Part shown: piece by piece, positions 19,182 through 45,491 of the stretch
How the letters are laid out: the number at the start of each line of letters is the position of its first letter
Numbering within the stretch: position 1 is the stretch's first letter
Assembly (NCBI RefSeq): GCF_009914755.1
Contig: NC_060942.1
Length of the DNA: 64,000 nucleotides
From: the human T2T-CHM13v2.0 reference genome, Homo sapiens
Strand: one strand, 5' to 3'
Position numbers and translations under genes: made by a program
Notes under the pieces: generated by a model
What the model saw: only the letters and a program-made list of their open reading frames with translations
What the model was told of the DNA's origin: nothing
The model's database searches: none

Positions 19182-19964
19182 CTAAACATTGCTTACTCTG
19201 CCTGACAGCAAAATGGCCGTTTCCCCATTCAAGGACTCACTATTAAATCACATAGGACTAAATGCTGTTATTGGTAAACCACATTTTTCCTATTAGCAAC
19301 ATTTGTAAATGTAGAATTTGCAAATATTGTGCATGTCCTTCTATCTTCTTTTTTAAGGAGTACATAGTTGGTGGCATCAGGTATGTATCTTAACTGTCAA
19401 CAAGCAACCATTAAAATTGTTAAACCACAAAACCCATGGGAACTCATAAACCATTAAACCCATAACAAGGGATTAATCAACTTCCCTTGTCCTTACAGCC
19501 TGCCATCCCTACTTTCTTGCCTCATTTAAAACCTTAGGGTCTTCTGGAACTATTCATTTCCCTCCAGGGCAGGGCAGCATTCTTCACTCTCCCCAGCACA
19601 GCTCCCAAAATGTTATTCCTGGCCCCTCAGGTTGTCAGGTCTCTCCAGTCTCTAACCATTCCATTATCATGACCTCTAAATTTCCTTAGCATCATCTACC
19701 AATCTCTTGGGTACAATCTGCACATTGTCTAAGACTGTGGCACCGGTACATTCTCTTCCAATCTACCTCAAGTCCTGCCATCTTGCTGGGTGGTTTTAGG
19801 GTCCACGCATATCACCCATCCAATACACTGACATTTTTATCCTGATCCGTTAAGCTTCCCAACCTCAACCTCACCACCTCTTCATTATGGCTTCCTCTGA
19901 CCTCAGAATTGCCTGCATCTTCTCTACCTCTAAAATCCTTCAGTAGCCCACTATCTTTGTTACT

Positions 19965-21022
19965 TTTTTTAAAAATTGAGGTGAAATTCACATAACATAA
20001 AATTAACATTTTAAAGTGTAAAATTCAGCATTTAGCAGATTCACAATGGTGTGCTGCCACCACCTATATCACCCCTAAAGAAAACCCCATTAAGCTTACC
20101 CTTGAAGCAGTCACTCCCCATTATCCCCTCCCCACTCATTCCCTAGAAACCCCCGATCTGCTTTCCATCATTATAAATTCACCTATTCTGGATTTTTCAT
20201 ATAAATGAATTCATAGAATATGTGACCTTTATGTCTGACTTCTTTCACTCAGCATCTTGTTTTTTTCAATGCTCATACACATTGTAGCATATATCAGTAC
20301 TTCAGTCCTGTATTAGCTTGCTAGGACTACCTTAACACAATACCATAGACTGGGTGATTATACAACAAACATTTATTTTCTCATAGTACTAGAGGCTGGA
20401 AGTTAAAGATCAAGGTACTGGCAGGGTTGGTTTCCTCTGAGGCCTCTCTTCTTGGCCCACACATGGCTGCCCTCTGGTTGCCTCTTCCCATGGTCATCTC
20501 TGTGTGCATGAGTGTGGTGCTAGGGTTTCTTCCTCTTTTTATAAGGCCACTAGTCATACTAGGTTAGGGCCCCATCCTGATGGCCTTATTTTAACATAAT
20601 CACCTGTTCAAAGACCTTATCTCCAAGTATGGTTACATTCTGAGGTACTGGGAGTTAGGACTTCAAATACGAATTTTGTGGGGATACAAAATCAACCCAT
20701 AACTTTTCCTTTTTATGACTGAATAATATTCTATTATTTGTATATATCATATTTTGTCCATTTATCCACTAATGGACATTTGGTTTGCTTCTACCTTTTG
20801 GCTACCATGAATAATGGTTTTGTAAACATTCACATACAAGTATTTGGTTATCTGTTTTCAGTTCTTTGGGGTATATACCTACGAATAGGATTTCTGGGTT
20901 ATATGATAATTCTATGTTTAACTTTTTGAGGAACTGCCAAACTGTTTTCTACAGCAGAGCACCATTTCACATTCCTACAAGCCATGTATGAGGGTTCCCA
21001 TTTCTCCACATCCACACCAACT
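19965..21022 (-). mobile_element. Old L1M 3' fragment with an MLT1-type LTR (about 20309-20702) inserted
   Basis: L1M 3' motifs (aattgaggtgaaattcacataacataaaatt, ttttgaggaactgccaaactgtttt). MLT1 motifs (tgtattagcttgctagg ... acattctgaggtactgggagttaggacttcaa). Confidence 0.7.
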
Positions 21023-21118
21023 TAATTCTTTAGCTCCAGAAAGTGTCCTTTCTCCCACTGAATTTCTTTACTCCAATGCATCAAAATCTCCTGTCCCTAA
21101 CTCCCTGCATTCTTCCTA

Positions 21119-21319
<201 letters not shown>

Positions 21320-22567
21320 TCAGGAGGCTGAGGCAAGAGAATCACTTGAACCTGGGAGGCGGAGGTTGCAGTGAGCCAAGATCACACCATCGCACTCCAG
21401 CATGGGCAACAGAGTAAGACTCCGTCTCAAAAATAAAAAAACAAAAAACAAAAAATTATCTCCACAGCCATTATAAACCACATAATTCATTGTGTGTCAC
21501 ATCAGGCTCTCCAACTTTCAGCTTTCTGATATAGGAATAACAATATCCCCCAGAATTGTTTTAAGAATCGGCCAGGAGTGGTGGCTCATGCCTGTAATCC
21601 CAGCACTTCGGGAGGCCAAGGTAAGAGGATCACTTCAGCCCAGGAGTTCAAGACCAGCCTGAGCAACATAGCGAGACCCCCTCTCTACTAAAAATTTAAA
21701 AATCAGCCAGGCTTGGTGGCACGTCTCTTTAGTTCCAGCTATTCAGGAGGCTAAGGTGGGAGGATCACCTGAGCCCATGAGTTCCAGGTTGCAGTGAGCT
21801 GTCACTCAGCCTGGGTGACAGAGGGAGACACTATCATGAAAACAAAGCAAAACAAAAAATAGAACCTAATGAGCTCATGTATTTGAAATGTTTAAACACG
21901 TAGTAAGCATTCAATAAACGGTAGTTATGATGGCTACTGAATTTTTGTTTTCAGCCCCTATTTTTTCTCATAAACTCTAGACTGCCTATTGGCCACTTTC
22001 AAACAGCATCCATACAGTTTGTTCATTTGCAAATATTTATTGAGTGCCTACTATATGCCAGCCACCATGCTAGGCACTGGTTTACAATAGTGAACACAAT
22101 TCCTGCTCTCCTGGGAGGAAAAAAAAAACAGATAGGCAAATAAATGTGTATTTACAGTTTTTGATCGCTGCTGTGTTCCATAAACAACCTAATTGTGACA
22201 TGTATAACATAAAATTAATTCTATCATCTTCCCTTCAAACCAGATCTCCAGGCACCGCCTTCCACCCAGTCAACCAATCAAAAAACGGAAGTTATCTCAG
22301 ACTTCCTGACCTCCATTGAGATGCCTGCCTCCCATCCTGCCCTGCCCCCATCTGGCACTGCCAACATCGGCACCAAAACCCAAGAATCAAATCTTGGAAA
22401 TAAGAGAAATTGGATCAGAGTTGGAATAAAGAAAGAAAAAGTTTCTGAGACTTGAAATTAGACTGAAGGTATTAACACATTTAAAGACTGTGTCAGCCGG
22501 GCGCAGTGGCTCACGTCTGTAATTCCAGAACTTTGAGAGGCCGAGGCAGGCGGATCACCTGAGGTCA

Positions 22568-23178
<611 letters not shown>

Positions 23179-23275
23179 TCATCTTGTGAGGCTGAGATCA
23201 AGTGTCATCTACTCTAAGGAATCCTTCCTGACATCTGGGTAGATCTGACCTCTTCCGGCCGGGCGCGATGGCTCA

Positions 23276-23533
<258 letters not shown>

Positions 23534-23540
23534 TCAAAAG

Positions 23541-23571
<31 letters not shown>

Positions 23572-23920
23572 GAAAAGAAAAGAAAAGAAAAAAGTTAAAA
23601 AAAAAAAGATCTGACCTCTCTCCTTTACATTCAAAACAAAACAAAAAGAATATTCAGATTCTTAGTTTTATTTTCGACTTCCTGTCCTTTTCTGATATAT
23701 CCCCCAAATAGTCTCTCACTGGCACATTTTTGTCATACACTGCATCTCAGCCTTAGCCTTTCTTTCTGGTCTGGTCTTTTCCTTTTAATCTTTTTTCTCT
23801 TTTTTTTTTTTGAGACGGAGTCTCACTCTGTTGCCCAGGTTGGAGTGCAGTGGCATGATCTTGGCTAATTGCAACCTCGGCCTCCCGAGGTCAAGTGATT
23901 CTCCTGCCTCAGCCTCCTGA

Positions 23921-24109
<189 letters not shown>

Positions 24110-25199
24110 TAGCCAGAATTGAGAAGTCCATTTCTATTAATAGTTACACCCATTTTTCTTAAACTATTTATCGTCCAATTATAATCCTTTGAACACTAGG
24201 AAGGAACACAATTTCCACACACATTCACATATATAGGCAACATTTGCCAAGCACACATCTGCACCCTATCATATGGCTATAGTTTGCCTTATTGCAGTAG
24301 GGGTATTTGGAGGATTCAGAACATGTTTTCACCTGGAATGGAAAGGAGGCAAAGATTGTGTGCTAATGGAAATCATTAAGATCAGTAACCCAGGGCTCTC
24401 AAGTATGGACAGTTAGAGATACTGACTCGGAACTGAGATTTAGGGAAAACAGTTATTCAGTACCTATTTCTAGAATGTTTGAATATACAACATATAGACA
24501 GTGTATAGTTTATAGTCAAAATATAATGTACAGCCAGTCCAGTTCCCAAACCGATTGTCTGGGTTCACCCCTTATTAGCTTTGCCACTTGTTATCTGTGT
24601 GACCTCAACTAAATTACTTTACCTCTCTGTGCCTCAGTTTCAATATCAGTAAAATAGAGATAATGACAGAATTTAGCTCTCACGGTAATTTTGAGGACTA
24701 AAAAGTTAATGAAAGATTTGAACAGTGCATTGATATACTAAGTGAAATGCAATGTTTAGTTATCTTTTATCTGGTCATTTTATTAGAATCTCTACAAAAT
24801 ACAGAAACAAAAGTTTTATTATGCAGTCTTATTTTTGTTCACTGTTACGTAACACATTTTACACATTTTCCGCATTCCACGCCCCGCCCTTCAACAACAA
24901 CAACCACAAACTCCGACCGTCCTTTCCAGGCCCTTTCCCTCTATAAACCTGCCGTTTTCTGTCTCCCAAGTCATCCCAGTTTAGAACTGCTCCAGGAAAT
25001 AATGAATGAACAGAGAGAGCCTAGTTTGTTTATTTATTTACAATCCACTAGTCTAATCTAGTTTAGATCCAGCGGCAATTTTTGGGGTGCCAAGGAGGAA
25101 AGAAGGAGATGGCAGTGCGGGGACAGGGCAGAGCCTGGGCCAAAGGAAGCCACACCCAGTTCTTGCCCTGCCCTGCCCGACACAGGCAACGTGACCCCA

Positions 25200-25790
25200 A
25201 GCGACAGCCAGCTGATGCTTGCTTCTCCGAGCCCGGCGGTCAGCAGCCGGAAGTAGCCCGCCCGGGGGCGGGGAAAGGTGCCTTAAGGAGGAGCTAGGGG
25301 CGTGCGGCCAATTGCAAGCGACTGTCCTAGCGAAGAGGGCGGAAGAGGAGAGATCCAGTTCCGGACGCGGCCGCCGCCGTCGCCGCCATCTGTCACCTCC
25401 ACTCCGGCATCAGCAGCCAGTCGCCCGTGTCCCGCCTGTCTCCTCGGCGGAGCCTGCTGCCCGTCCTGCCACCTCTCTGCTCTGTTCTTGTCTCTGCCTT
25501 CATTCCCGAATGGATCTGGTAGGAGTGGCATCGCCTGAGCCCGGGACGGCAGCGGCCTGGGGACCCAGCAAGGTAAGTGGCAGACGAGACTGGAGTACTA
25601 GCCTTGGTCACACGGGCTGGATCTCTCGGAAAGCTCGGAGAGGGCGGCTTCGTGGGCGATTCGGGAAGTTCTGGGGCGGGACCCCGCCGACCTCGGCAAG
25701 GGGGCACTGGCCGCGGGGGTGCCGGGATGGGGATGGAGGGAGCGGAAAGAGGGGCGGAGGGCGGCTGGATCTCCCAAAGGCCACCTTGAG
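25200..25790 (+). promoter_or_regulatory. RIOK3: CpG island / promoter and 5' UTR of RIOK3 (TSS inferred near 25350-25400)
   Basis: CpG-rich. ETS motif ccggaagt at about 25247, GC box ggggcggg at about 25265, CCAAT at about 25308, YY1-like gccgccatct at about 25382. No obvious TATA box. Confidence 0.85.
25510..25572 (+). CDS. RIOK3: RIOK3 exon 1 CDS, MDLVGVASPEPGTAAAWGPSK
   Basis: ATG at 25510 and donor AAG|gtaagt. Recognised RIOK3 N-terminus. Confidence 0.96.
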
Positions 25791-27034
25791 TGGTTAGGGC
25801 TCTCTATTTCTTCAGCGTACTTTCTGTATCACCGTAGCATGTATTTGAGCAGGACTGGCTTACACACCCTGATGATACTGGAGGGGAAACAAGCACGATC
25901 TTGTTTTTCACTGGCCAAGTGAGTCAGCCGAATACACAGCTAGCCAGACAGAAAGTTGGTTTAGGAAGCTGTTTACTTAATTTGATAAGTGTGGTTATCC
26001 CAGTTTGGAAATGTCTTGTTTTTGAAGCAGTAAAAGATAAAACCCAGGCGCACCCTCCTCCCTCGACGCTGAAATTCAAGTGCGCACCACGGACTGTAAA
26101 GTGCTTATGAATTTCATTATCTGCCTAAGCTTTGACGTTTAAACTTTTTCATAGAGTGGCAAACTAAAGACCTTTATTTCACATTTGCTTTCTGGTTTCC
26201 AGGCAGGTCCTTTTCATGATACTTTGATTATATGGATGAAAACACTTTTCTGCCACTTTATGGAGGGTCTGCTTGAGAGCAGAGTGCTTCCATTGGGATT
26301 TTTTGTTCCACAAATTAAGGTCGTAAAGGAGTCTAGCTTTTTTAGCTTCATAGTTGTTCTTTACATGCTAACACAGAATATTTGTTCCCATTTAAAAGGT
26401 CTTATTAGATCTTCAGGCTAGGCCTTAACAGGAAAAGGGGTCAATAATTAGCTATTAAGTAACCAAAAGTTAATTTTGTAAAAGTTCTCGTACAGCTGTT
26501 GGAAGAATCTGAGATACTGCGTTGGCAAATGTGGTTAAGTCTGCATGTTATTTTGTGTATTTTTCCTTGAGACCTTGTTTACAAGGTCAAGATTAGCAGA
26601 CATAAAAGGATGAAATCAGTAGACAGACTAGTATTATGAATATATACCCTGTATGTTAAAGTCCTTCAGTTAAGCATTGGCAGAGGCTGGTAAAAATGTC
26701 AAATGAGACAGACTCTATTCAGAATACATCCTAATCTCAGAACAAATTTCACTTACAAACTAATTCAGTAATAAACTATTTAACAGTCATATTTTTATTT
26801 AAGTGTACATCATCAGAACTATAAAATTCCATTTTCATTGTGCAACAAAAATGCTTCTGGGATTTATAGACGCTCTATTGGGAGGACAGTGTTTTGAAAG
26901 GCAAAACAATTAGAAACAGGCTGAAAGTACTATCATTAATCCTTTTTTTCTCTAACCTTTTGGAAAACCAAAGTGATTACAGAAGCCTACATGGAGGAGG
27001 TGAAGATTTGAGGAGGGTTTTGAAAAATGGAAGG

Positions 27035-29270
<2,236 letters not shown>

Positions 29271-29399
29271 AACTACTATTATGGACAAAGAATTTTAGGG
29301 GATATTCCAAGAAGAGAGGATTGGCAAACTGTAAGCAAAAGTGAGGAAGTGTGTAGCTCTGTTGATAGAGAGTTGTAAAAAAAATAAATAAATAGCGGT

Positions 29400-29735
29400 A
29401 CTCCTCAAAACTGTCAAAGTTATCAAAAACAAGGAAAGTCTGAGAAACTCAACAGCCTAAGAGGAGCTTAAGGAGACGTGGCAACTAAATGTAACGTGGT
29501 ATTTTGAATGGGATCCTGGAACAGAAAAAGGATGTTAGAGAAAAACTAAGGAAATCAGAGTAGAGTATGGACTTCAGTTAATAATAATTATGTATCAATA
29601 TTGGTTCGTGAATTGTGACAAACGTATAATACTAATGCAAGGTATTAATAGGATAAACTACCGAGTGTAGTATTTGGGAACTGTACTGTCTTGGCAGTTT
29701 TTTTCTAGTTTTTTAAAAGTAAGACTATTCTAAAA
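29400..29735 (+). mobile_element. Old L1M 3' end fragment
   Basis: aaaactgtcaaagttatcaaaaacaaggaaagtctgagaaac ... gggatcctggaacagaaaaagga, typical of old L1M 3' ends. Confidence 0.7.
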
Positions 29736-29964
29736 CCAAAAAAATTTTAAAAAATGGATTAGTGTTGTTATGTAGTCCCAGATTATTTTTTTCAGAGCCA
29801 CTTGTCTTGAGTTGAAAAATTACTTACTTAAATATTCTACTTAGATTATGTCTTCTAGCTGTATGGTTAGAAAGGGGACCTTCCTGTAGGTTATGTTTCT
29901 CTTGACTCGCTTCCAGTAGAGGACTGAATTTTTGTTGCTGTGTGCCTCTTTCATGTTTGCTGGT

Positions 29965-35804
<5,840 letters not shown>

Positions 35805-36040
35805 TGAATTCTAGGCCTCAGTTTAGCTTTCTCTCCCAGTTCTCTTAATCCTAGTTGGTACTCCCACAGGTGCATGCCATTGGTCTTAAGGCTAGCTGTG
35901 CAGGAGAAGGTAAATGGTTTGATAGAGTTCTTTCCCATTGTTCAATTTTAACATGGAAAAGGCACCTCCTACTCTCATAATTGGCAACCTCTGTTTACTT
36001 AAGCACATTACATTAGTTTATATTGCCTTATTTTGAATAG

Positions 36041-36186
36041 TGTTGCTGAAGGACCATTTATTACTGGAGAAAACATTGATACTTCCAGTGACCTTATGCT
36101 GGCTCAGATGCTACAGATGGAATATGACAGAGAATATGATGCACAGCTTAGGCGTGAAGAAAAAAAATTCAATGGAGATAGCAAAG
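36041..36186 (+). CDS. RIOK3: RIOK3 exon 3, VAEGPFITGENIDTSSDLMLAQMLQMEYDREYDAQLRREEKKFNGDSK
   Basis: gaatag|T ... G|gtatta, 146 nt. Confidence 0.95.
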
Positions 36187-36279
36187 GTATTATAACCTTA
36201 TTGTGACAACTTCATTGAGTGGTAGAAAACACTCATAATGTGCTCCTAAGTAAATCTTCAACTATTTTTGCTTCTTAAG

Positions 36280-36387
36280 TTTCCATTTCCTTTGAAAATT
36301 ATCGAAAAGTGCATCCTTATGAAGACAGCGATAGCTCTGAAGATGAGGTTGACTGGCAGGATACTCGTGATGATCCCTACAGACCAG
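36280..36387 (+). CDS. RIOK3: RIOK3 exon 4, VSISFENYRKVHPYEDSDSSEDEVDWQDTRDDPYRP
   Basis: cttaag|TT ... CAG|gtacca, 108 nt, preceded by a 93-nt intron. Confidence 0.93.
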
Positions 36388-36592
36388 GTACCAAAGTTTT
36401 TACTTTCTGGGGGCAGCAGAATAGAGGTATAGGAAGACTAATCTTTTCAATGAACTCTTTTAGTTTTATATTTTTCTTTGAATCTCATTTGGTAATTTAC
36501 TCTTAGATTCAAATGTCTTTTCAGACAACGTTGAATGCAGCAATGTAGTCTTTGCTATTTTTATATACCTGGCTTATTTCAATTGCCTTTAG

Positions 36593-36702
36593 CAAAACCG
36601 GTTCCCACTCCTAAAAAGGGCTTTATTGGAAAAGGAAAAGATATCACCACCAAACATGATGAAGTAGTATGTGGGAGAAAGAACACAGCAAGAATGGAAA
36701 AT
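36593..36702 (+). CDS. RIOK3: RIOK3 exon 5, AKPVPTPKKGFIGKGKDITTKHDEVVCGRKNTARMEN
   Basis: ctttag|CA ... AAT|gtaagt, 110 nt. Confidence 0.95.
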
Positions 36703-37129
36703 GTAAGTTACAGAAAGTATCTATCTCTGAATTTAGAGTTTTGTTTGAATACCTTTCAAAAACAGGATTCTAAATATAATACCTTAGATTTCTAAAAATG
36801 TCTTTCTTTCTAAAGATGTTTTTAGATAACAATATGGCAATATCATGGAAACTGAGACATTAATGAAAATATAAAGTACCTCAGAATAAAATTCCATAAC
36901 AGTGTTGAAAAACTATTTTGACTCACATTGATTCTAAAATTAATAAATAGTTATTATGAAATTAACATTTATTCTTCATCATATCTCTATAAAATAGCAT
37001 CCCTACCCAAAAAACAGATAACGGTGGCGATTGGGGAATACAAATGGGAGGGAGAAATACTTTTCACCATATACTCTTTTGTGCATTTTGAATTTATTAT
37101 CTTGTGCCTGAACTACCTGTGTAAAATCA

Positions 37130-37508
<379 letters not shown>

Positions 37509-37599
37509 TTAAACATTTAGATTTTAAAGCACAAATGCTTGTTAAGTAAACATATTCAATTATATCATTTCTAGAAATATTCCAGATCTAATTCTAGAA

Positions 37600-37789
37600 G
37601 AGTTCTGTCCAATAGAACTTTCTGTGGTAATGGAAATGTTCTGTATGTGTGCTGTTCAATATGGTAGCCACATTTGCTGTTGAGCACTTGAAATTTGGGT
37701 GGTATAATAGAGGAACTGAATTTTTAATTTAATTTTAATTAACTTAAATATCCAAGTGTGGCTAGTGGCTACCTAACTGAATTGCACAG
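37600..37789 (+). mobile_element. MER3 (hAT-Charlie) DNA transposon
   Basis: ctgtccaatagaactttctgtggtaatggaaatgttc ... gtggctagtggctac. 8-bp TSD ttctagaa at 37592-37599 and 37790-37797. Confidence 0.85.
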
Positions 37790-38206
37790 TTCTAGAACAT
37801 AATTGTCATGGTGTGAACATAGTCTGCTATAACAACCCACTCTCCACAAATAATTACAAAATTGTATTTCTTTGGTAAGATTTGGTGTAGCCTTCACAGT
37901 TCAATATTGTGTCCTTTGGCTAAAAGCAAGGTACAATGCACATGCCGAAAGACCTTAGTTTTGGATGTGATGAAATGTTTTCTATGCCTGGAATAAATGC
38001 CTTCCTTTGGGTTGTAATTTCTTAAATAGTATTGCTCCTCTTTCTGTGAGTTATTTAATTTTTTTCTCTGTAGTAGCTATGATTTCTGGTTTTCTAGTGT
38101 GATCATCTATTGAGTAAGAAAGACTAATCTCATTTGGTTGTTTTTGTTTTTGTTTTTAACTGTCCCTATTTTAAAATATTTAGATGCTAATTCTTCCTTT
38201 TGGCAG

Positions 38207-38350
38207 TTTGCACCTGAGTTTCAGGTAGGAGATGGAATTGGAATGGATTTAAAACTATCAAACCATGTTTTCAATGCTTTAAAACAACATGCCTACTCAG
38301 AAGAACGTCGAAGTGCCCGCCTACATGAGAAAAAGGAGCATTCTACAGCA
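38207..38350 (+). CDS. RIOK3: RIOK3 exon 6, FAPEFQVGDGIGMDLKLSNHVFNALKQHAYSEERRSARLHEKKEHSTA
   Basis: tggcag|TTT ... GCA|gtaagg, 144 nt. Confidence 0.95.
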
Positions 38351-38628
38351 GTAAGGATTTATAGATTTTTTTTTTTCTTTTTTACTAGAAAGATTCATAT
38401 TAGAAAACTTTGGGTAAAGAAAAAAAAACTTCATGTTTGATATTTTTTCATGAGATTGGCTTTTTAAATCAAAGATGTAAATAAATCCAGCCACTGTGGT
38501 GCCCGCCTGTAATCCCACTACTTTGGGATAGCAGATGGAGACAGGAGGATTACTTGAGCCTAGGAGTGCAAGAACAGCCCAGGCAACATAATGATCCCCA
38601 GCTCACAAAAAAAATTAGCTGGGCATCA

Positions 38629-38907
<279 letters not shown>

Positions 38908-39171
38908 TCAGCAAAAGTTTTAAAAAATTAGCCGGGCATGTTGGTGTGCACCTTTAGTCCCAGCTGCTCAGGAGGCTGAGGTGGGAGGATCACTTGAACC
39001 CAGGAATTTGAAGCTGTAGTGAGCCATAATCATGTCACTGCATTCCATCCTGGACAACAGAGTGAGACCCTGTCTCTCTCTCTGTCTCTAAAAAAAAAAA
39101 AGATATTAGGCCAGGCGTGGTGGCTCACACCTATAATCCCAGCACTTTGGGAGGCCAAGGCGGGCGGATCA

Positions 39172-39387
<216 letters not shown>

Positions 39388-39473
39388 TCAAAAAAAAAAA
39401 GTTATTAGAAGTGGCTCAGAAAATATTTTGTGATTAGCAGTCATTTTCACTTACAGTGCTTTATCTCTTGCAG

Positions 39474-39601
39474 GAAAAAGCAGTTGATCCTAAGACACGT
39501 TTACTTATGTATAAAATGGTCAACTCTGGAATGTTGGAGACAATCACTGGCTGTATTAGTACAGGAAAGGAGTCTGTTGTCTTTCATGCATATGGAGGGA
39601 G
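39474..39601 (+). CDS. RIOK3: RIOK3 exon 7, EKAVDPKTRLLMYKMVNSGMLETITGCISTGKESVVFHAYGG-S (RIO P-loop STGKES)
   Basis: ttgcag|GAA ... AG|gtaaat, 128 nt. Contains the RIO-family STGKE motif. Confidence 0.96.
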
Positions 39602-39870
39602 GTAAATGAGCAAAATATGATACCATGATATGAAAACTTAGTCTCTTCTCCCCAAGATTAATGAATTTACACAGAATCAAAGATAATGCTGCATGGCAAG
39701 CAGAGTAATTTTTAAAGTGTTATTGTAGAAAGTCTAGGCAGTATAGGAATGTATAAAAAACACAGTCATCCTAATACCACCACCCAGAGATAATCATTAA
39801 TAATTTTGGGTAGACTTCTCCAGTTTTTTTCAATGCGTATATTATTATTATTATTATTATTATTTTTTGA

Positions 39871-40089
<219 letters not shown>

Positions 40090-40223
40090 TGATCCACTCG
40101 CCTTGGCCTCCCAAAGTGCTGGGATTACAGGCGTGAGCCACTGCTTCCGGGCTTCCTCATCTTTATCAGTGTTTAGTATTATCAAATCTAATGCTTTTTG
40201 TCAGTGTGAGAGATGAAAAGTAA

Positions 40224-40697
<474 letters not shown>

Positions 40698-40821
40698 TAA
40701 TATAATAAATGTTCAGTCTTTCTGGTGGAATTGGTATCATAATCTGTACTTTGACATTTCTAAGTTAGCAAAACTAGAGAACATTCAGTTTTCTACAGCT
40801 AAAAGTTAATGCTTTTAAAAG

Positions 40822-41785
<964 letters not shown>

Positions 41786-43069
41786 TGATCCAACTGCCTC
41801 AGCCTCCCAAAGTGCTGGGATTACAGGCGTGGGCCACTGTGCCTGGGTCAAAGCTCTGGTTTCTGTCACTCTCAGGTTGGTCAGGCAATCAACAATTATT
41901 CAAACAGTAATTTGTGCTAGATTACTCAGGGAATAAAATATAAGACATATTTTTTACTCTCAAAGAGCTTAAGCTTTAGCTAAAAGGAGAACATTACAGT
42001 AAGAACCATTATGGTCAATGAAAGATAATTACATAATAGAGTACCCAGTTATGCAAACGAGACCTTATATGGGATAGGAATAGCGAATAGAACAAGATCA
42101 TTGCCAGGCACATTCAGGGAAGATATCATAATGAAGTTGGATCTCAATCTGGATTTTAAAAATAGGTTAAAAAAAGAAATCCGTTGGAGGACCGATGGGG
42201 GCGGATCACGAGGTCAGGAGATCGAGACGATCCTGGTTAACACGGTGAAACTCCGTCTCTACTAAAAAATACAAAAAAGTTAGCCGGGCATGGTGGCGGG
42301 CATCTGTACTCCCAGCTACTTGGGAGGCTGAGGCAGGAGAATGGCGTGAACCTGGGAGCGGAGCTTGCAGTGAGCTGAGATCGCGCCACTGCACTCCAGC
42401 CTGGGTGACAGAGCAAGATTCCGTCTCAAAAAAAAAAAAAATCCAATGTTGAGTATAAAAAGCTAGTTGCAGAATATATATACAGTATATCATCTATTTA
42501 AATTTTTTAAGTCATACAGAAAATTACAGAGATGTTTATAGATGCTTGTGGATACTTATATATTATCTTTTAAAAGAGACTAGAAATACAGCATTTATGA
42601 TAGTTATTGCCTCTGGTGAGTTAAGATGGGGAATGGTAATCAGAGGGCACTTCAGCGTCATCTGTAATGTTTAATTCTTTAAGAAAAAGGCTAAGGGTGG
42701 GAGAGTTGAAGTTTAGGCACTGAGAAGATTAGGAAGGTATGTGCTTAGAGGTAGTAGGTAGTAAAGTGGTGTAAGCAAACTGGAAATTGGTAAGGAGGAC
42801 CTTAAAAGCTAGGCAGAGGGATGTGTCATTTGCTGAGAAACAGGATCTTTTTGTAGTAGGACAATGACAAGGCAAATCTTATAAATTGGACTCTATCCTA
42901 GAGACCTTCCAAGTAAGGGATCTCTTGTATGGCATTTTTGCTAGGGCCTCACCTACTGTGTGGTTAAACTAGTCCAATGAAAGGAGCTTATCTCAAAATC
43001 TAGCCTATTCTGTCATAATGTCTTTTAAGTTATTAGAGATTTCTTCCCTGAAAATTGTGTCATCTGTTA

Positions 43070-44470
<1,401 letters not shown>

Positions 44471-45491
44471 TTGATTCAGATTCTGTCCTTTGGAAATATA
44501 GTTCCTTTCTTTCCCAGATTAACATCCTATCAGATATTTAAAGGTAAATATTAATATTGTTTCTCATTCCATCCACTTTTTCATTCCCACTGCCACCATC
44601 ATGACTGAAGCTCACTATTGGGGGACTATTGCAGTAGCATCCTGAGTCGACCCCACACCTCTAGCCTGTCCCTGTGCCCTTCCATTCTGACAGTATCGTT
44701 CACTCGATCTTCATGAAGCACGCATTTGAGAGTGCCATACACAGAAACCCTCGCGATTCCCCACCACCTCTAGGAATTTGTCCAGGCTCTTCACAGATGT
44801 GCCTCTGTCCTGTCCTTTAGCTCCAATTTTTTTTCATTATCTCTCTCCAGCCAAGTCTTAACTATAGTGTTTGTTGTTCCTCAGACATGTCCTGTGGTTT
44901 CCTGCCTCTGCTTTTGTTCATGCTGTTCAAATCCTACCCATTGTCCTGTTTCTGTTTCAGATGGCACTTGTGCCATGAAGTCTTGCCTGACCTTTCCAAT
45001 GAAGAGGGACCTTTCCTATTCATGTACTTCTTTTATTCTCCGTTGCCACTTCTTGCAGACTTGTGGGGCAGGAACCATTTGATTCACCTTTATGTCTGCT
45101 AGGAGTGAAAGAGTTATTTTTTAAAAAGCTGTTTTATTTGTTGCTTTTTATTGAATTTTGCTCCTGAACCATATTGGGAAGACTGTAGCCTATTTTCAAG
45201 TGCATATGTCTTCATTGTATTTCAAGCTTGATTCCGTAGTCATTAAGTGAAGAACATTATGTGATAGATGGTTGAAAATCGGTTGACAATTTATTTGAAA
45301 GTATATTTTATTTAAAAAATCAAACCAAAACCTAAGGCTTTATTAAGATCCAAAACCTAAAGGCTTAAAAAAACAAGACTTGACACTGAGAGAAGGTAGA
45401 TCTAATTTAGTGTTACAGAATCTTTATTTTGAAATTGTTGTACTTGTGAGCTGGCAACTTGTACTGACTTGATTTTTTTTCTTCCACTTAG

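Noticed and set aside
25219-25797. 192-aa ORF across the RIOK3 promoter
   Set aside because: Only 25510-25572 is coding. The rest is stop-poor GC-rich promoter, UTR and intron, with a non-ATG start.
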